Shown here piece by piece: positions 10,589 to 25,500 of a stretch of DNA of 64,000 nucleotides. The DNA comes from Aplysia californica (lineage: Eukaryota), in NCBI RefSeq assembly GCF_000002075.1, contig NW_004797796.1:489305-553304 (forward strand). The letters are read 5' to 3'. The stretch's first letter is position 1. Every line of letters starts with the position of its first letter. The position numbers and the translations under genes are program-made. The notes beneath the pieces were generated by a model. It made no database searches, was not told where the DNA came from, and saw only the letters and a program-made list of their open reading frames with translations.

Positions 10589-13500
10589 GTATTAAAAAAA
10601 AAAAATTGAAGCCAAGGGTTTTTAAGTCACTAGTTAGTTTCCGTTGAACAAAAGACTCAAATAAAATTGCCCATTGTGTTGAACATATTGTTATGTAGTC
10701 GTTTAAGCCAAGCATTTGGAAATGTACTTTGTGAAACTTGACAGTTTTTCTTTCTCTTGTACAAATGTTATTTTCATTATGTAGTTTAGTGATCGACAAA
10801 AATACCCTTTAATACAGCTCGTAGAATTAGATTCTATCTTTTAAAGATTATTTTTGTCTTTTATTTGAAAGGTAAGAAAGAACACTTCTACAGTAAGTGT
10901 ACATGTACTGGATATTTGCTTTTAGCCTTCTGGTGATTTTTATTTTGCATTTTTAATAATTTATATAACTTTCGTCCTCTAGAGCGGCAAACGTGAATCT
11001 GATGTACCTGCATTCTGGTGGGTTGATAGCGTGTCAAAGAAAGAAATCAAGTGGTCATTTCAGCAACTATCTCAACAATCGAAACGGTCAGCATCTTCAT
11101 CTCTCATACATTTCTATTTGGGTCACTGATATGTGATACTTCTTGCCCATCTGTTTATTTTTTTCCAGTCATCTTGCTTGTCCCAATAATAGATGATAGC
11201 TTTTAGGGCAAATGTGCTTCTATTCAACTCCACAAACTGCAGTTGTGTATTAGTAAAGCTGGCTCTTCTGTTTTTCTGTAAGTCACTAGCTGTTTTTAAT
11301 TTAAAGTTACGAATGAAAATAATGGTTGAATCACTGGATATGATTCTTCTGTGTCAAGACACAAATTTGTTTTGTGGCAGGAACGAATGGAAGGGTTTTT
11401 GGAAAATTTCATTAAAAATTATCCACTTTGACATTCAGCCCGTATCCCCCATAAGGGTTGTTCACTGTATTGCTCATTAACTTTTTGTATACGACATGTT
11501 GGTTCAGTTGGCTCTCAACATCACTCAGTTGTTCACAGTCATAACAAAAAAACTTACCGAACGTCAGCAGATTGATTTTATTTATCATAAGATTGTATGG
11601 TAACCGCTCGGACCTTTTATTTTTATCAAGTTTGATAATTATTTTTAGGTTATAAAAGGAGCAGAGTTATCGTGATGTTTGTGAATTTGGATACAGAGGG
11701 GGAATAACCTTCTGTATATTGTATTAAGAGTTAGTATTTGTGTTTTCAGTTGTCAAAGGAGAAGTGAAACTGATATCTTTGTCAAAAAATAAAATCAACA
11801 GCAAAAATTTATGGTCGGTACATGTGCTACTTCACTTTTTGTCAGCTTTGATAAATCCTCCCCCCCCCCTTCTCCGGACCAATTGAATTTAAAATTGCTT
11901 TATCTTATAAATAACATTTCTCGCCTTGTTTAGTAGTTGCTCTCTCTGGGCAATGCATGTTAAGATTTCAGCGATCATTTATCTCGTATCTCTTTTGATA
12001 GACAGAATTTGAGATATCCATCCTCAGGGCAGCCTGTTACATGCTGAACATTATCAATCACAAACAACCAAAGCCATTCTTGTCAAACATAAATTTTGCC
12101 ATGTAACCTGTTTTCTCCAAGTGATGGTTGGCAGCGGCCCATGAGCTGGTCCTGTTTTGCCAAGTGGCGTGTCTCAGGCTGATAAAGATGCAATAGTTTA
12201 CATTCGGAGACACATGGTAAATGATTTTCATATAAATCTAATGAACTGTCTCTAAAACTATTTTTGGTTCTGATGCTTTCAAGCCACTATTGGGTGAAAA
12301 ATCTGTTATTGTGTATTTCAGAGTAGCTAACGCTTTGACTGGTGGATGTGGTCTTCAGCGGGGAGACAAAGTTATAGTTATTCTACCCAAAATACCAGAA
12401 TGGTGGCTGCTGAACTTAGCTTGCATTCGTGCTGGTAAGATAAGACTCAATAAATGTGGTTTTTGCTTTTTTTGTCCACAACAGTTAGGTTTAGGAATTT
12501 TCTGCATTGTTACAGAATTTTATAAAAATGGGTTTGTGCTTTGACCGTGATGTCTTGCATTTATTCTTTCTACCTGTTGTAAATGCTGAAATGGCAGAAT
12601 GCTCTGATAAAGAGAATCAAGGGTTTAGTTCAACTTCAAGTGAGGAATTTTCATACCACAGCAAGGATTTTTAAAAACTGCTTAATAATAATGATAATGG
12701 GAATTTATAAAGTGCCTAATCCCTAGAAGGTTCTAAGCTTTGTACCATGCAGAATTGTGCTTGATATATTTTTTCAGAGGAGAAGTTGAGGGTAAGACTT
12801 TGATGTGCTATGATTTTTCCTGAAATGTTAGTTTTTGCAGTGTCAGTTCATATAGGGTTTTACTTGTTTTATTCTAATAGTAATACAGCCTTTCTGGTCA
12901 CTGCAGTGGAGCCCCCTCTTTTAGAGCAAGAATCAACATATTTTATGCAAGGTCTCATTTCAATCACCTGTCATCTAATAACTACTGCCATTTAACATTT
13001 CTTGAGATGTTTTCGTTAATGATTTCTTGAACTACTCAACCCCCGGGGCCCCCTCGATTTCAGGGATGACATTTCTCCTACGAGAGAGGAGCATATAATC
13101 AGGAAATATAATTTCTTACAAAGAAAAAAAAGGAAAATAAATGAAGGGAGTAAATTGAGCTTGGGTTAAAAAAAGAATTTTTTTTAAAAATAACTACAGA
13201 AAATTCTTTCTTCCATCACAGGTGAGGCATTCTATTTGGGCATGATCTGTTTCAATATGAACTTAATATGTCTTGATTAAATATATATGTCATGAAAATG
13301 ATATAGTGTATTATTAAACTCATAGGTTGTGAAAATGATACAGTGGAGGAATAAAAATAGCTTAAAACATTTCACTTTTCATTGTTCAGCTTGTCTGATA
13401 CCTGGGGTCCTGGTTTGCCATGGTAGTGAAAAAGAGGCATACTATGCATATTAATCGAGGCAACTGACGACTGAAAATTGTCATGAACCTCATTCTATAG

Positions 13501-16500
13501 AGCCTCATTTGCACTTTGGTTTGAGAGGATTAAGTATGATGTTATGGTTCATTTGTCAACAAGCTGGTGCATGTAATGTAACTTTTCCCATATCTGTAGT
13601 GAAAGGGTTAGGCTCTCAGCTGTTGCATGCTAAAGATGTCAATTTGTTTCCTGTACCCGGTATGGGAAAGTTTATTTTATCAACTAGTATCTCTGTCTTT
13701 CTGCTTTGGAACAGTTTCCCAGTCATCTCGTGTTACCCTTGGTAGACAGGGTCACATCCCAGTTGATGTAAAACCAATGATTTCCATTTCTGTTGAATGT
13801 TATTCCATTTAAATGTTCCATGAGCAGCTGTTTATGAGTTGATGAAATTTAAAACTTTGTCACCACAAAGTCTGATGGTGTTTGTACAGGCTAATTACTC
13901 AAATATGAAAGTCATGTCATTTGAGTGCATTGAAGCTGTAATGTGAGCAGTCAGCTGTTTTACCTCTCACTTGCTAAGCGCTTCTCAAATTTAGAATGTT
14001 GGCAGTTACTTGCTAAAATTTTGTGACTCTTGAAAAAAAAGCCTTTTGACATTTTGTATAGATTCCTGTATAGAGAAAAAAAATGTAGGTTCGTGAAATT
14101 TGGATGTTTACAATAAACCATTTTCAAGTTGTCTTTAAAATACTGGTCCCTAAAATCCCAATTTTGCAGCACTCTTCCCACCACTACTTGATAAAGTGTA
14201 TGGATTGGAATATTCATGAACAGGATCAGTATTTGCATTGCTCAGTAATTTGTATAATTTTCAATGCAGCACCTTTGGAAAAAGTAACCTCATTAGAGGT
14301 CCAGCAAAGCTGACTTACCTGGTAACAACTGATGAGTTGGTATTGCCATGGTGCCATATGTGCTGGGTGAGGGTGAGGTGTGTAGTTTAATTTTGGGGAT
14401 AGCCCAGTGTAGCAGATGTCAAGAATATTTCATGGTCTGCTGCACTAACTGACTGGTCAATGAATTTGACCTGACGGTCGTTTTTTCATTTCCTTGCATC
14501 ATTCTTACGGTTTAACACAAGTTTGATGTCAGTATTACTTGTGCATGAAAGCAGTCGTGCTCCCACCTGAGACTTCCTAGGTTTTCGTTTTGAAAGTAGA
14601 CAGTTTGTTTTTGTTTGTGCATAAATGGTCTACAAAACACAAATGGGTCCTTTCAAAAGCAGAATGGGTGTGCCATTGGCTCAGTTGGTATCATGCTGGA
14701 CTACTGAGTGGATGGCTCTAGTTTCAATCCTCAATGGGGCGTTCTGAACATGGATTGTTTTGGGGAGTTTTTGAGGCTCTCCACCCTTTCCATTTAGTCT
14801 TATCAAAGATGGACTTTTAGTTTGGAGGTACCGCCTGTTAGATAACCTTACAGTATTGAAAGGGGAGATAAACTTGTAACTTTTTCAAATTTATAAAGAA
14901 GACAGAAGAAGCGAAAAAAACTGGCAGTTATAATGCGTGCAAGAATATATTTATTATGTTTGGAGGTTGTCGTCAGAGTGTGTCCTTGAGCAAGACACAA
15001 TAATTGTGACTCAAATAAGTGATACTGCACATTGGTTTCCAGCTATGATGCCTTTATAGGATAGTCTGTACATGTATTGGAGTGACACTGTGCATTTTGT
15101 GATGTTCATGAATAATTGCATGTATGTATCTATTGTATTTGCCACTCTAAGCTGAATTTGTCCAGGGGGATCCATAAACGTGGCATTTTGTTTTATTTAT
15201 TAAAAATGTTTTAAAACATTTTACAGACATAATTTTGAGTCCAGGGACTACCTTGTTACGAAGCAAAGATATCAGGCACAGACTAAAACTTTCTGGGGCC
15301 CAGGCCATCATCACCAGTCCTGAGCTCAGTCATTACGTGGATGAGGTAAGTAAGATCAGGCCAAGCCAGTGGTTGGTTGGCTGGTGCTTGATGTGTTTTG
15401 TTCCTTCTTTTCTATCAAATGCCTATTGTCCTTATCTATCCTCCTTCTTTTCTTTGTATGTTACTCTCTTGTAACACCTCTTATCTCCAACACTTTTATG
15501 ACCTATTTGTGTTGCAAGTGCTGTGAAACTTGCTTTAGCTAAAAAAAACAAGCTAAAAGACCAGGTCAGCTGAGACAGGGAAAAGGGCTAAGATGCAATG
15601 GAAGAAAATAACTGGCTTTTTCAATAACTTTTTGTTCTTTCCAGTGTTCCTGATATCCTTATCTGTTCATAGGGAAATTTTGGCAGGTGTCATGCTGAGT
15701 TGCTGGAAGTTACAACCCAGTGGCCCTACTGTCGTCACTTACTCTTCCCCACACCAATGTTGAAATGCATAAACCACCTCAGATTGCTTGGTACAGTGTC
15801 AAAATTCCTCATGACTAGACTAGACAGATATGCGATTTTTCTGCTGTTTAGGGAATGTTTCTATCGGTGTCAAATGGGAAAATACTCAGTTTTGTCTCTC
15901 AGGTACTTTTAAATACATCATGTTTCCCTTCTTGTGTACATGACAAATTAAGTCTGTTGGTCCTTGGCGGGGGGTGGTGGTGGTGGTGGTGGTGGTCCCA
16001 TTGTAACTGCTCCTTACCCCCTTAACCCTTTCATGGTCTAAATGATGTTTTCCATTGTCATTTTTTCTTATATGGCGAAGGAGCCAAGATGCTGCTTTGA
16101 CATAAGGTGTTCATCATGCCTTGTGAAGCGCGAGGACCATGATGACGAACGCCATTTGTTGTATACTGCATACTGCTTCTATAAGATGTATTTGGTAAAC
16201 CTAATTGCAGATTCACACTCGGCGATATTCTTTACCAACAGAGAAATCTTTTCCTTTAAGAGACAGTCATATTTATAAACCATGTCTAATTATATACAAC
16301 TGACCACTAAACGTAGCACTGCTCTTTGTCCATGGGGATCCAAACCTGTGCCTGGTAAAGTAAGAACTGACCTGGTGTCCTGCAGTGATCATTATTCTTT
16401 GGTCATGAGAGGCTGGATTATGTCCTATAAATGCAGACTGGCGTCTGGTGTCACTGTTAGTTGTTTTGCCATTGAAAATAAGAAGACCCGAGTTCGACGA

Positions 16501-19500
16501 TTCCAGTGTGGGGAGACTTTTTATTGAGTATCTTGGTCTTTCTGCTGCGAAGTTGTATCCTTCTCAGCTTGGGTTGGCCTGACAGGCAGGGTCAAAACCT
16601 GCCTTCTTAAAATATATAAATCATGTTGATGGGGGCGTAAGACATCAATAATCATATTTTTTTAATCAATGCAGTCCCCCTATAATTTGCACCAAGTTTC
16701 AGTTCAGGAGCATAGTGGCTCATCACCATGCAGAATAAGTGTAATACTGACTGCGTTTTGTATGCATCAGTGCTTCCTTATAAGGTTTTTGTTAGGTCAG
16801 TCTTTTGTTACTTGCCAGAAACACCTGTCAACTCCAAAACAGAAAAAGGGGAAAATCATGTTCATATTCAGAAGTGGTCAACATAATGTTATTCTGTGTG
16901 GATTTATTAGAGGTCTTTTTTCCGGCACAATTTCACTTAAACTTTCTTTTTCTGTCTGTGAAAAATAATTAATATGACTGTGTCTGTGCTCATTCTTAAT
17001 TGAAAGTTTTGGGTCACAGGCTACACTATGTTCTGATATTTTTTGTGTATTATTTTCTTCTTCTTAAGGGAGCGTCTGATATTGAACGACCTCTGACCAA
17101 AATTCTTGTTGGTGAACAGTCTGAGACAAGGTATTTATATATTGATTGGTCTGCTTTTTTCCCTGCGAACACAACACATACCACTAAACTCCTACCTTAA
17201 TAGGATCCGCAAGGATACCCCACCCGACTGCCCGTTGTGCGACTGCCAGGATGAAACAGTACCACACCACCTCTTTAACTGCCCAGCACTTTGTGACCTG
17301 CGTAGCACCTACCTACCTGCCTCCCCAGACATCAGAAACACTCTATACAGCGACAAAGCACAGCTGATTAAAAGCTGTCAATTCTTTGCCATATCGACAG
17401 ACCGAAGGGCTAGAACCCAAATGGCCGTGGATCGGAAAAGTAAAGTAAAGTAAACTAAGTCTGCTTTTTTCCTGGTTGTCACTCAGTCATTATAAGTACA
17501 TTCATAATTTTTGTGACAGATAATGTTTAGAAGTATAATTTTAATCCCAAAATTTGCTCACTTTAAAGGGATGATGGTATAAAGTTTTGCCTTAATGCAT
17601 ATATGGAAAAGGTTTCTGAAAATGACAGTATTTGTCACTGAAGAAGGATTTGCTTCTCCTTATAACAAATTTGTAAAGATTTTTTAGATTTAATCCCATG
17701 ATTATGGGCACTGTTGGAAGAATCAGAGGACAACGACTGGACAGCATCTTGGTATTATTCGAAACTGCTAGACATCACTAAGGACACAAAATGGAAAAAC
17801 ACTACGGTTCCAAGTAAGATTAGGAGTATGTTTATTGTCCCGTTTACTATTTATAACATACAAGGATGAAATGACAGCAGAGGCTAAACCAGAGGACAAC
17901 ACAATAAACAAGCTTCTTTTTTCTGATGATCAGAGCATACTAAGTAACAACGAGAAAATCCTCCAAGAACAAGTAAACAAACTGAACAAAAGCTGAAAAG
18001 ATCACAGCAAAGAAGATCAACACGAGCAAAGCTGAGGCACTGAAAATCAGCGAAGCACCAGGACCCCTAAATATCACAGTCGACAACAGCAAGTTCAAAC
18101 AGTAGAAGAGTTCAAGTATGTGGGAAGTGTATTTTGCCAAGACGGATTGATGGACAGAGAAATAGAAACAAGAATAAAAAAGGCCGACTAGCACCATTAC
18201 TTTCACATCCCAACATTGCAATGGAAACAAAACCTACTTCATACCAACACTGTGCTACCAAGGCCAAACATTGACAATAAACAAGAGTCACCAAAGTAAA
18301 GTAAACACCTGTCAAGTGAAATGCCCCAACAATTTCCATTTTCAAAAATCAGCTGAAGCATTTTTTATTCACAAAAGCATACCTGTCATAATGATGTACT
18401 GTGATATATATGCATGTGTATGCCAGACTGTGAGACTGAANNNNNNNNNNNNNNNNNNNNNNNNNNNNNNNNNNNNNNNNNNNNNNNNNNNNNNNNNNNN
18501 NNNNNNNNNNNNNNNNNNNNNNNNNNNNNNNNNNNNNNNNNNNNNNNNNNNNNNNNNNNNNNNNNNNNNNNNNNNNNNNNNNNNNNNNNNNNNNNNNNNN
18601 NNNNNNNNNNNNNNNNNNNNNNNNNNNNNNNNNNNNNNNNNNNNNNNNNNNNNNNNNNNNNNNNNNNNNTAGAATTAATGTTTTAATGAATGTTTCTAGT
18701 TACTCACGTTTCAACTGTATTTTGACTGTTCGTGAATTTATATTGCATTGTATATTTTTAGTGAACACATTTTCAACCTCACTGCGAGACTGTTTTTCTG
18801 GTATAAAATTTTACACATATGCATTTATATTATATGTATAATACTTTGTTTTACGTACACATTTGTGTCGATTAATTTTTAAGATGTGATGTCTTTTTCA
18901 TTGTAATGCGCATTGAGCATCTTTTAGGAAATGGAAATGCGCAGTATAAATGCTATTTATTATTATTATTATTAATGCTTATGTAAGACTTAGAACATTG
19001 TACGAAGAAACCGGGCAAGAAATGAGATTGTTAAAGAACAAGATGGCTCAACTCTCTGCTTTGAGTACATAGATAAACAATGAATAAAATGGTTATGAAA
19101 TCTGTCAAGATTACCTCCAGACTGTAGCGAAGACGTAGCGAAGACGGATTGATAGACAGAGAAATAGAAACAAGAATAAAAAAAAGGCCAACTAGTAAAA
19201 GCTGTCAATTCTTTGCCATATCGACAGACCGAAGGGCTAGAACCCAAATGGCCGTGGATCGGAAAAGTAAAGTAAAGTAAACTAAGTCTGCTTTTTTCCT
19301 GGTTGTCACTCAGTCATTATAAGTACATTCATAATTTTTGTGACAGATAATGTTTAGAAGTATAATTTTAATCCCAAAATTTGCTCACTTTAAAGGGATG
19401 ATGGTATAAAGTTTTGCCTTAATGCATATATGGAAAAGGTTTCTGAAAATGACAGTATTTGTCACTGAAGAAGGATTTGCTTCTCCTTATAACAAATTTG

Positions 19501-22500
19501 TAAAGATTTTTTAGATTTAATCCCATGATTATGGGCACTGTTGGAAGAATCAGAGGACAACGACTGGACAGCATCTTGGTATTATTCGAAACTGCTAGAC
19601 ATCACTAAGGACACAAAATGGAAAAACACTACGGTTCCAAGTAAGATTAGGAGTATGTTTATTGTCCCATTTACTATTTATAACATACAAGGATGAAATG
19701 ACAGCAGAGGCTAAACCAGAGGACAACACAATAAACAAGCTTCTTTTTTCTGATGATCAGAGCATACTAAGTAACAACGAGAAAATCCTCCAAGAACAAG
19801 TAAACAAACTGAACAAAAGCTGAAAAGATCACAGCAAAGAAGATCAACACGAGCAAAGCTGAGGCACTGAAAATCAGCGAAGCACCAGGACCCCTAAATA
19901 TCACAGTCGACAACAGCAAGTTCAAACAGTAGAAGAGTTCAAGTATGTGGGAAGTGTATTTTGCCAAGACGGATTGATGGACAGAGAAATAGAAACAAGA
20001 ATAAAAAAGGCCGACTAGCACCATTACTTTCACATCCCAACATTGCAATGGAAACAAAACCTACTTCATACCAACACTGTGCTACCAAGGCCAAACATTG
20101 ACAATAAACAAGAGTCACCAAAGTAAAGTAAACACCTGTCAAGTGAAATGCCCCAACAATTTCCATTTTCAAAAATCAGCTGAAGCATTTTTTATTCACA
20201 AAAGCATACCTGTCAAAATGATGTACTGTGATATATATGCATGTGTATGCCAGACTGTGAGACTGAANNNNNNNNNNNNNNNNNNNNNNNNNNNNNNNNN
20301 NNNNNNNNNNNNNNNNNNNNNNNNNNNNNNNNNNNNNNNNNNNNNNNNNNNNNNNNNNNNNNNNNNNNNNNNNNNNNNNNNNNNNNNNNNNNNNNNNNNN
20401 NNNNNNNNNNNNNNNNNNNNNNNNNNNNNNNNNNNNNNNNNNNNNNNNNNNNNNNNNNNNNNNNNNNNNNNNNNNNNNTAGAATTAATGTTTTAATGAAT
20501 GTTTCTAGTTACTCACGTTTCAACTGTATTTTGACTGTTCGTGAATTTATATTGCATTGTATATTTTTAGTGAACACATTTTCAACCTCACTGCGAGACT
20601 GTTTTTCTGGTATAAAATTTTACACATATGCATTTATATTATATGTATAATACTTTGTTTTACGTACACATTTGTGTCGATTAATTTTTAAGATGTGATG
20701 TCTTTTTCATTGTAATGCGCATTGAGCATCTTTTAGGAAATGGAAATGCGCAGTATAAATGCTATTTATTATTATTATTATTAATGCTTATGTAAGACTT
20801 AGAACATTGTACGAAGAAACCGGGCAAGAAATGAGATTGTTAAAGAACAAGATGGCTCAACTCTCTGCTTTGAGTACATAGATAAACAATGAATAAAATG
20901 GTTATGAAATCTGTCAAGATTACCTCCAGACTGTAGCGAAGACGTAGCGAAGACGGATTGATAGACAGAGAAATAGAAACAAGAATAAGAAAAAGGCCAA
21001 CTAGCACCATTACTTTCACATCCCAACGTTGCAATGGAAACAAAACTCACTTCACACCAACACTGTACTACCAAGGCCAAACATGGACAATTAACTGTGA
21101 GAGCATACAACCAGAGATCAGATGGATACAGAGGAAGAAGCTGGCCCAGGAAAAGATTGAGGAGAGGCTCTGAGAAACATTAGACAAAAACTATGTAACC
21201 ATGCAACAGGTGATGCTACAAACAAGGGAAAGACTTTTGCTTCTCTGTTTTTATGCCATAAGGTAACAGAGGCCTGAACAAGAAAAGTAAAGGTCAGTAA
21301 TCCCATGACATTTTTTGGACAGTTTGAATTAATACCTCTTGAAAAATGATCCTTTTCTATCATTTGCAAGACAGTGATGTCGGCAGAAACGTTTTACTAA
21401 AATTTGTATATGCTCAAACAGAAAGTGAGCATTGATAAAAGATCTCACAGAAGACGTTACTTGAAATATGCTCATTATATCTTCTTTTTATTCTTTTTCT
21501 TTTCTTCTTCCCCTCTGCTTCGCCCTCTGTTTCTGCTACCGCTGCTGTTTCTCCTGCTGTTTTCCCTCATACCCTTCAACTGTATGTCTTTGTACAGTTC
21601 ATCCATGTACTTCCTCCTTGCTTTTCTTCCTTTCCGATAGCATTTTGGCTCCATTCTCTGCATCATTCTATCAGCAATTTTTATATCTGAATCCTATTCA
21701 CCTATCACAAACATGAGAAAAGTTGTAAAATGGAGATAAACATTATAAATACAATTTCCTCTTTTAGGCCAGGATGGGTCAATTACCATTCTCTGGTGGA
21801 GAAAGCTTCTGCAGATTTCCAGGTAAGTTGAGTTGAAGAATATATGTTTTTTTAATGAATGGCTTTCCAAGATCAAAAACTTGCAAGAGGAATTTTACTT
21901 GTTTATCCGATCCTTATGCTTTACATAGCAGTCTGTCAAAATGATTTTTTGAGAAATGCTGAAAGTTTCAAAGAGATCTTCGCTTTAGAAGTATTGTAAA
22001 ATGTGAAGAATACAACCCCGGGGTACAAAATAACACCAGGGCGTATGGATAGGGTTAATATAACATACAGGGGTAAAGTTTGTCAGTATATCTGCATTTT
22101 CTGTGCCGCAGACCGCTAAGACCAAAGCGACGGATCCAATGACTTTGTTCTTCACAAGTGGAACAACCGGTGCACCTAAGATGGCGGAACTTTCTCATGC
22201 CAGCTATGGCCTGGGCCATACACTGACTGCCAGGTAGGAGGTTCATGTAACATTCTGTATGGTATTATTAGTGTGAAAGAGATGGTGTGCTATTTTCAAA
22301 CTTGAATTTTTATATTGTAAAACTGCCTTTTGATCTTTCATGGATCTGCTTAATGTTGTCGGGAAAAGGCAATTCAAGCACATGCACGAGAGGTCAAAGT
22401 TAGACTTTGTGGAATATTAACGCTTTGAAGTACAGAATTCTTCTAGCCCTTTCTTTTAATGGACTTCAGTGATGAAAGTCTTCCATTTTACTTTAATAAC

Positions 22501-25500
22501 ATTTTCCCCCAAGTGAAAAATAGATTATACAAAGATTTAAAAAAAGGGGATTGTTCAGACTATCTGTGACAAATAAAATTACAACTAGATATCTACTTCT
22601 GCAGGGATTTTGTGACATCCTTTTTGTCCACTTTTTCTAAACTGTGAGGTACTGTTATTTTTATACATGTATTAGTACTGCCCAACTTAAACTGAAAGAT
22701 GTTGATGAGATAAAAAGAGTTTTAAAAAAATAAGCTTTCATTTTAATGACTACACTCGTCCACTTGATGTCAATTTTCTCGTAAGGAGTCAAAGTAGAGT
22801 TATGCTTTTTGATCAAAGCATGGCAAATATATTAACACTTTGCGGTCAATTGCCGCAATAATGGGACTCTGAAAATTACCAATTCTGGTCACCTGACGCA
22901 GTTCTGTGACAGGCCCAAGAATTCCGTTGCAGTCACTCTGGCTGGATGACCAGATGGGGAATTTTGTTCTGCTGGCTGTTTGACTGTAAAGTGTTAAACT
23001 CGATTTGTATTTGTTTTGCTTTTGAAATGAAGAACATAAAGGAAAAAGCAATGAAAAAGAATTGTTTTGAGTGTAATCGTGCTTATATAACTTTGGAAAG
23101 AAGCAGGTTTTTGGGACTTAAAATGGGTATTTATGGTAGTACTTGCTTTCAAATCTATCTCCCATCTAGTCCCAACACTATTGTGACATCCAGTTTCTTC
23201 ATTTATTTTTAACTTCCATGTAATTGTGTGTTATGTTATTGCTCTCTTTCAGATACTTTTTGCAAAGCACTTCTCGGTCAGTGGTGTGGAACCTGTCCGA
23301 CACAGGCTGGGCCAAGTGTGCATGGTCTTCTTTATTTGCTGCTTGGATTCATGGGTCATGTGTTTTTATCTACAATTCTGCGGCCTTTGATCCGGCTGAA
23401 ACTCTACAGGTTGGATTTGGTTGAATTTTTGCTTTGAAGAGGTGTCAGAATTATGTGAAGAGGAAAGTTCAAAGAAGTTAATGTGGAAACTGCTTAACCT
23501 TTTCATATAACTTCACGCGAGGTATTCCTTTTTTGTCTTCAGATAGAGTTATAAGCATTGTGAACTTTCATCTGGTTCAAGTTTTGAGAGTTTTGGAAGT
23601 TTTGGGAGTAATAAATGCTTAACCTTTTTTTTAAAAAAGTGGATGTTTGTCACCTTTGGTTGGATATTTTGTCATCATGACTGGTGAGTTATATTTTCAT
23701 AATTTTTTTCCGTAACTTTACCCATTATTTGATGAGAAAGAAAGTCTTTTTTTTCACAATAATCATTTTAACTGAGAGTGTGTGTGTGTTGTTTTTTTTT
23801 GGGGGGGGCTGTAATTGTAATATTTTTCACTGGATCATATCAACTCCTTATGTTTTGTAGAATAGCTTGTTAGGATCGATTATGGAATTTAAAAAGTATC
23901 TTAATGATCATAGTCAGTATCAGTGAAGTAAATCTTAATTCTGTTTCCTCTTCTTTTCTGTTATTTCTTTCAATTGGATTTTGGCGTTGTGCAACATAAA
24001 CCTTTTGTACCCTTCTTTCAAGTAAAGAAGTTTTTGAGGTTCACGCATTCCTGATCCTTCAGAAGGGAGGAACTTTGCTTTTACTCCTCGTAACACTTTC
24101 CCTACCGTGAGCTGCATTTTGCGCTCGCGGACGTGGCCTCGCTAGACTGAGAGCCGCAAAATACGACTCGAGTGGCTCCCTATCTATTCCAATCCAGTAA
24201 TGAGAAGACACGAAATTCTTGGCTGATCCACGTTCCCAAAATAATAGAAAAGACTTCCTGTTAGCACATAAGAAAGAAAATGTAGCACTGAGAGACGATT
24301 TTTAGTCATTTCAGCGCTTTTTTTGTCCCCTTCGAAACGTAAAAAAAGATTTTAAAAAGCGCTCCCCTGACTTCAGTATATGTCTCATATTTTCACTTCT
24401 GTATTAGGTACACATACATAACTTTCAGTATTTCTTTGCATTACTTGAGGCAACCTACCAGGGAAGTTTGAATGATGCTGTTGTACTTTTTTAGATATGA
24501 CCTCTCAAAGCTGGAAAATTGTGGATTTCATATGGCATCTTCGATATTGCATAATCACGTTTAGAACCCCCAAACTAATATAATTGGAGTAAATCTTCTA
24601 TATTGTATCACCATCTGATAACCCACACAGTTTCATTAAAAGCAATTTTTAAAGGAAAAAATAGTCTACAGATTTTCGCTAAAGTGTTTTTATAGGTGTT
24701 TAAAGCATTGATTTATCGTTAGATGCCTTTGTTTTGAAATAAAACAGTTTTTTCCTTCTCCTGTAAAATTTACCTCGCTGGGGTTAGTCGGTTTTATCAC
24801 AAGGCCGACGATATGCAGATTAAAAACCGTAGATCAGAAATTTTTTTTTCGAAAGTGCTTCTTGTGTTGCTCTTCGAGCTTTTGAAGATGAAATTCAAAA
24901 GCAGTGGAGAGACTTCAAAGCGAACAGAAACATATTAACGGATGCCATTTTAACGCCAAACTTATAGGATCCTGAGCTTTTTGACCTCTTTGTTGAGTCT
25001 CAAATCGGAGGAGGAATAACTGGTCTCATTGTACAAGGGCCAAATCTTCCACAGTTGTATAGATGAAAGAATTGCTTTCATATTAGATTTTCTTGTAGGG
25101 AAGAAGCTCAAAGTCATCCTCTTTGTCTTACTCTGACGCCATTTTCCCAAAGAAGTGACACACTTTCCTATAATCCCAGGTTCAATGACCACAAATTTAC
25201 GTTTTTCAGGTTCCATGGGAAGGGTGCCACTTTCGAACCAAAACCCAGACAGCCTGTCTTTTTGGGGTAGATTTTGTTCATATGCGATGTTTCTGGTATA
25301 ATTATAATATTCTCCATGATATTAATATAGAGGTGTGAAAACTTAGATACACCCTTGTCAAAAATACAACTTTCTTCACAGCAGATGAAAGATTTTGCTC
25401 AGTGAGGTGGCAAAAACACAGCAAGCTAAACCTTAAAATGAATAATCATTTTAACTGAGAGTGTGTGTGTGTTGTTTTTTTTGGGGGGGGGCTGTAATTG

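Larger units (their letters stand above)
17369..21004 (+). repeat. Tandem duplication 17369-19195 / 19196-21004, each copy with an N gap
   Basis: Near-identical, with about 3 visible differences and the gap at the same relative position; probably a haplotype or assembly duplication. Confidence 0.85.

Noticed and set aside
14667-14740. tRNA genes (also about 16440, 47720, 49588)
   Set aside because: Only degenerate A/B boxes are present, with no complete cloverleaf, and repeat bodies follow; these are SINE heads.
8024-20495. ORFs containing X runs
   Set aside because: Artefacts of N gaps (8127-8291, 18441-18669, 20268-20478).
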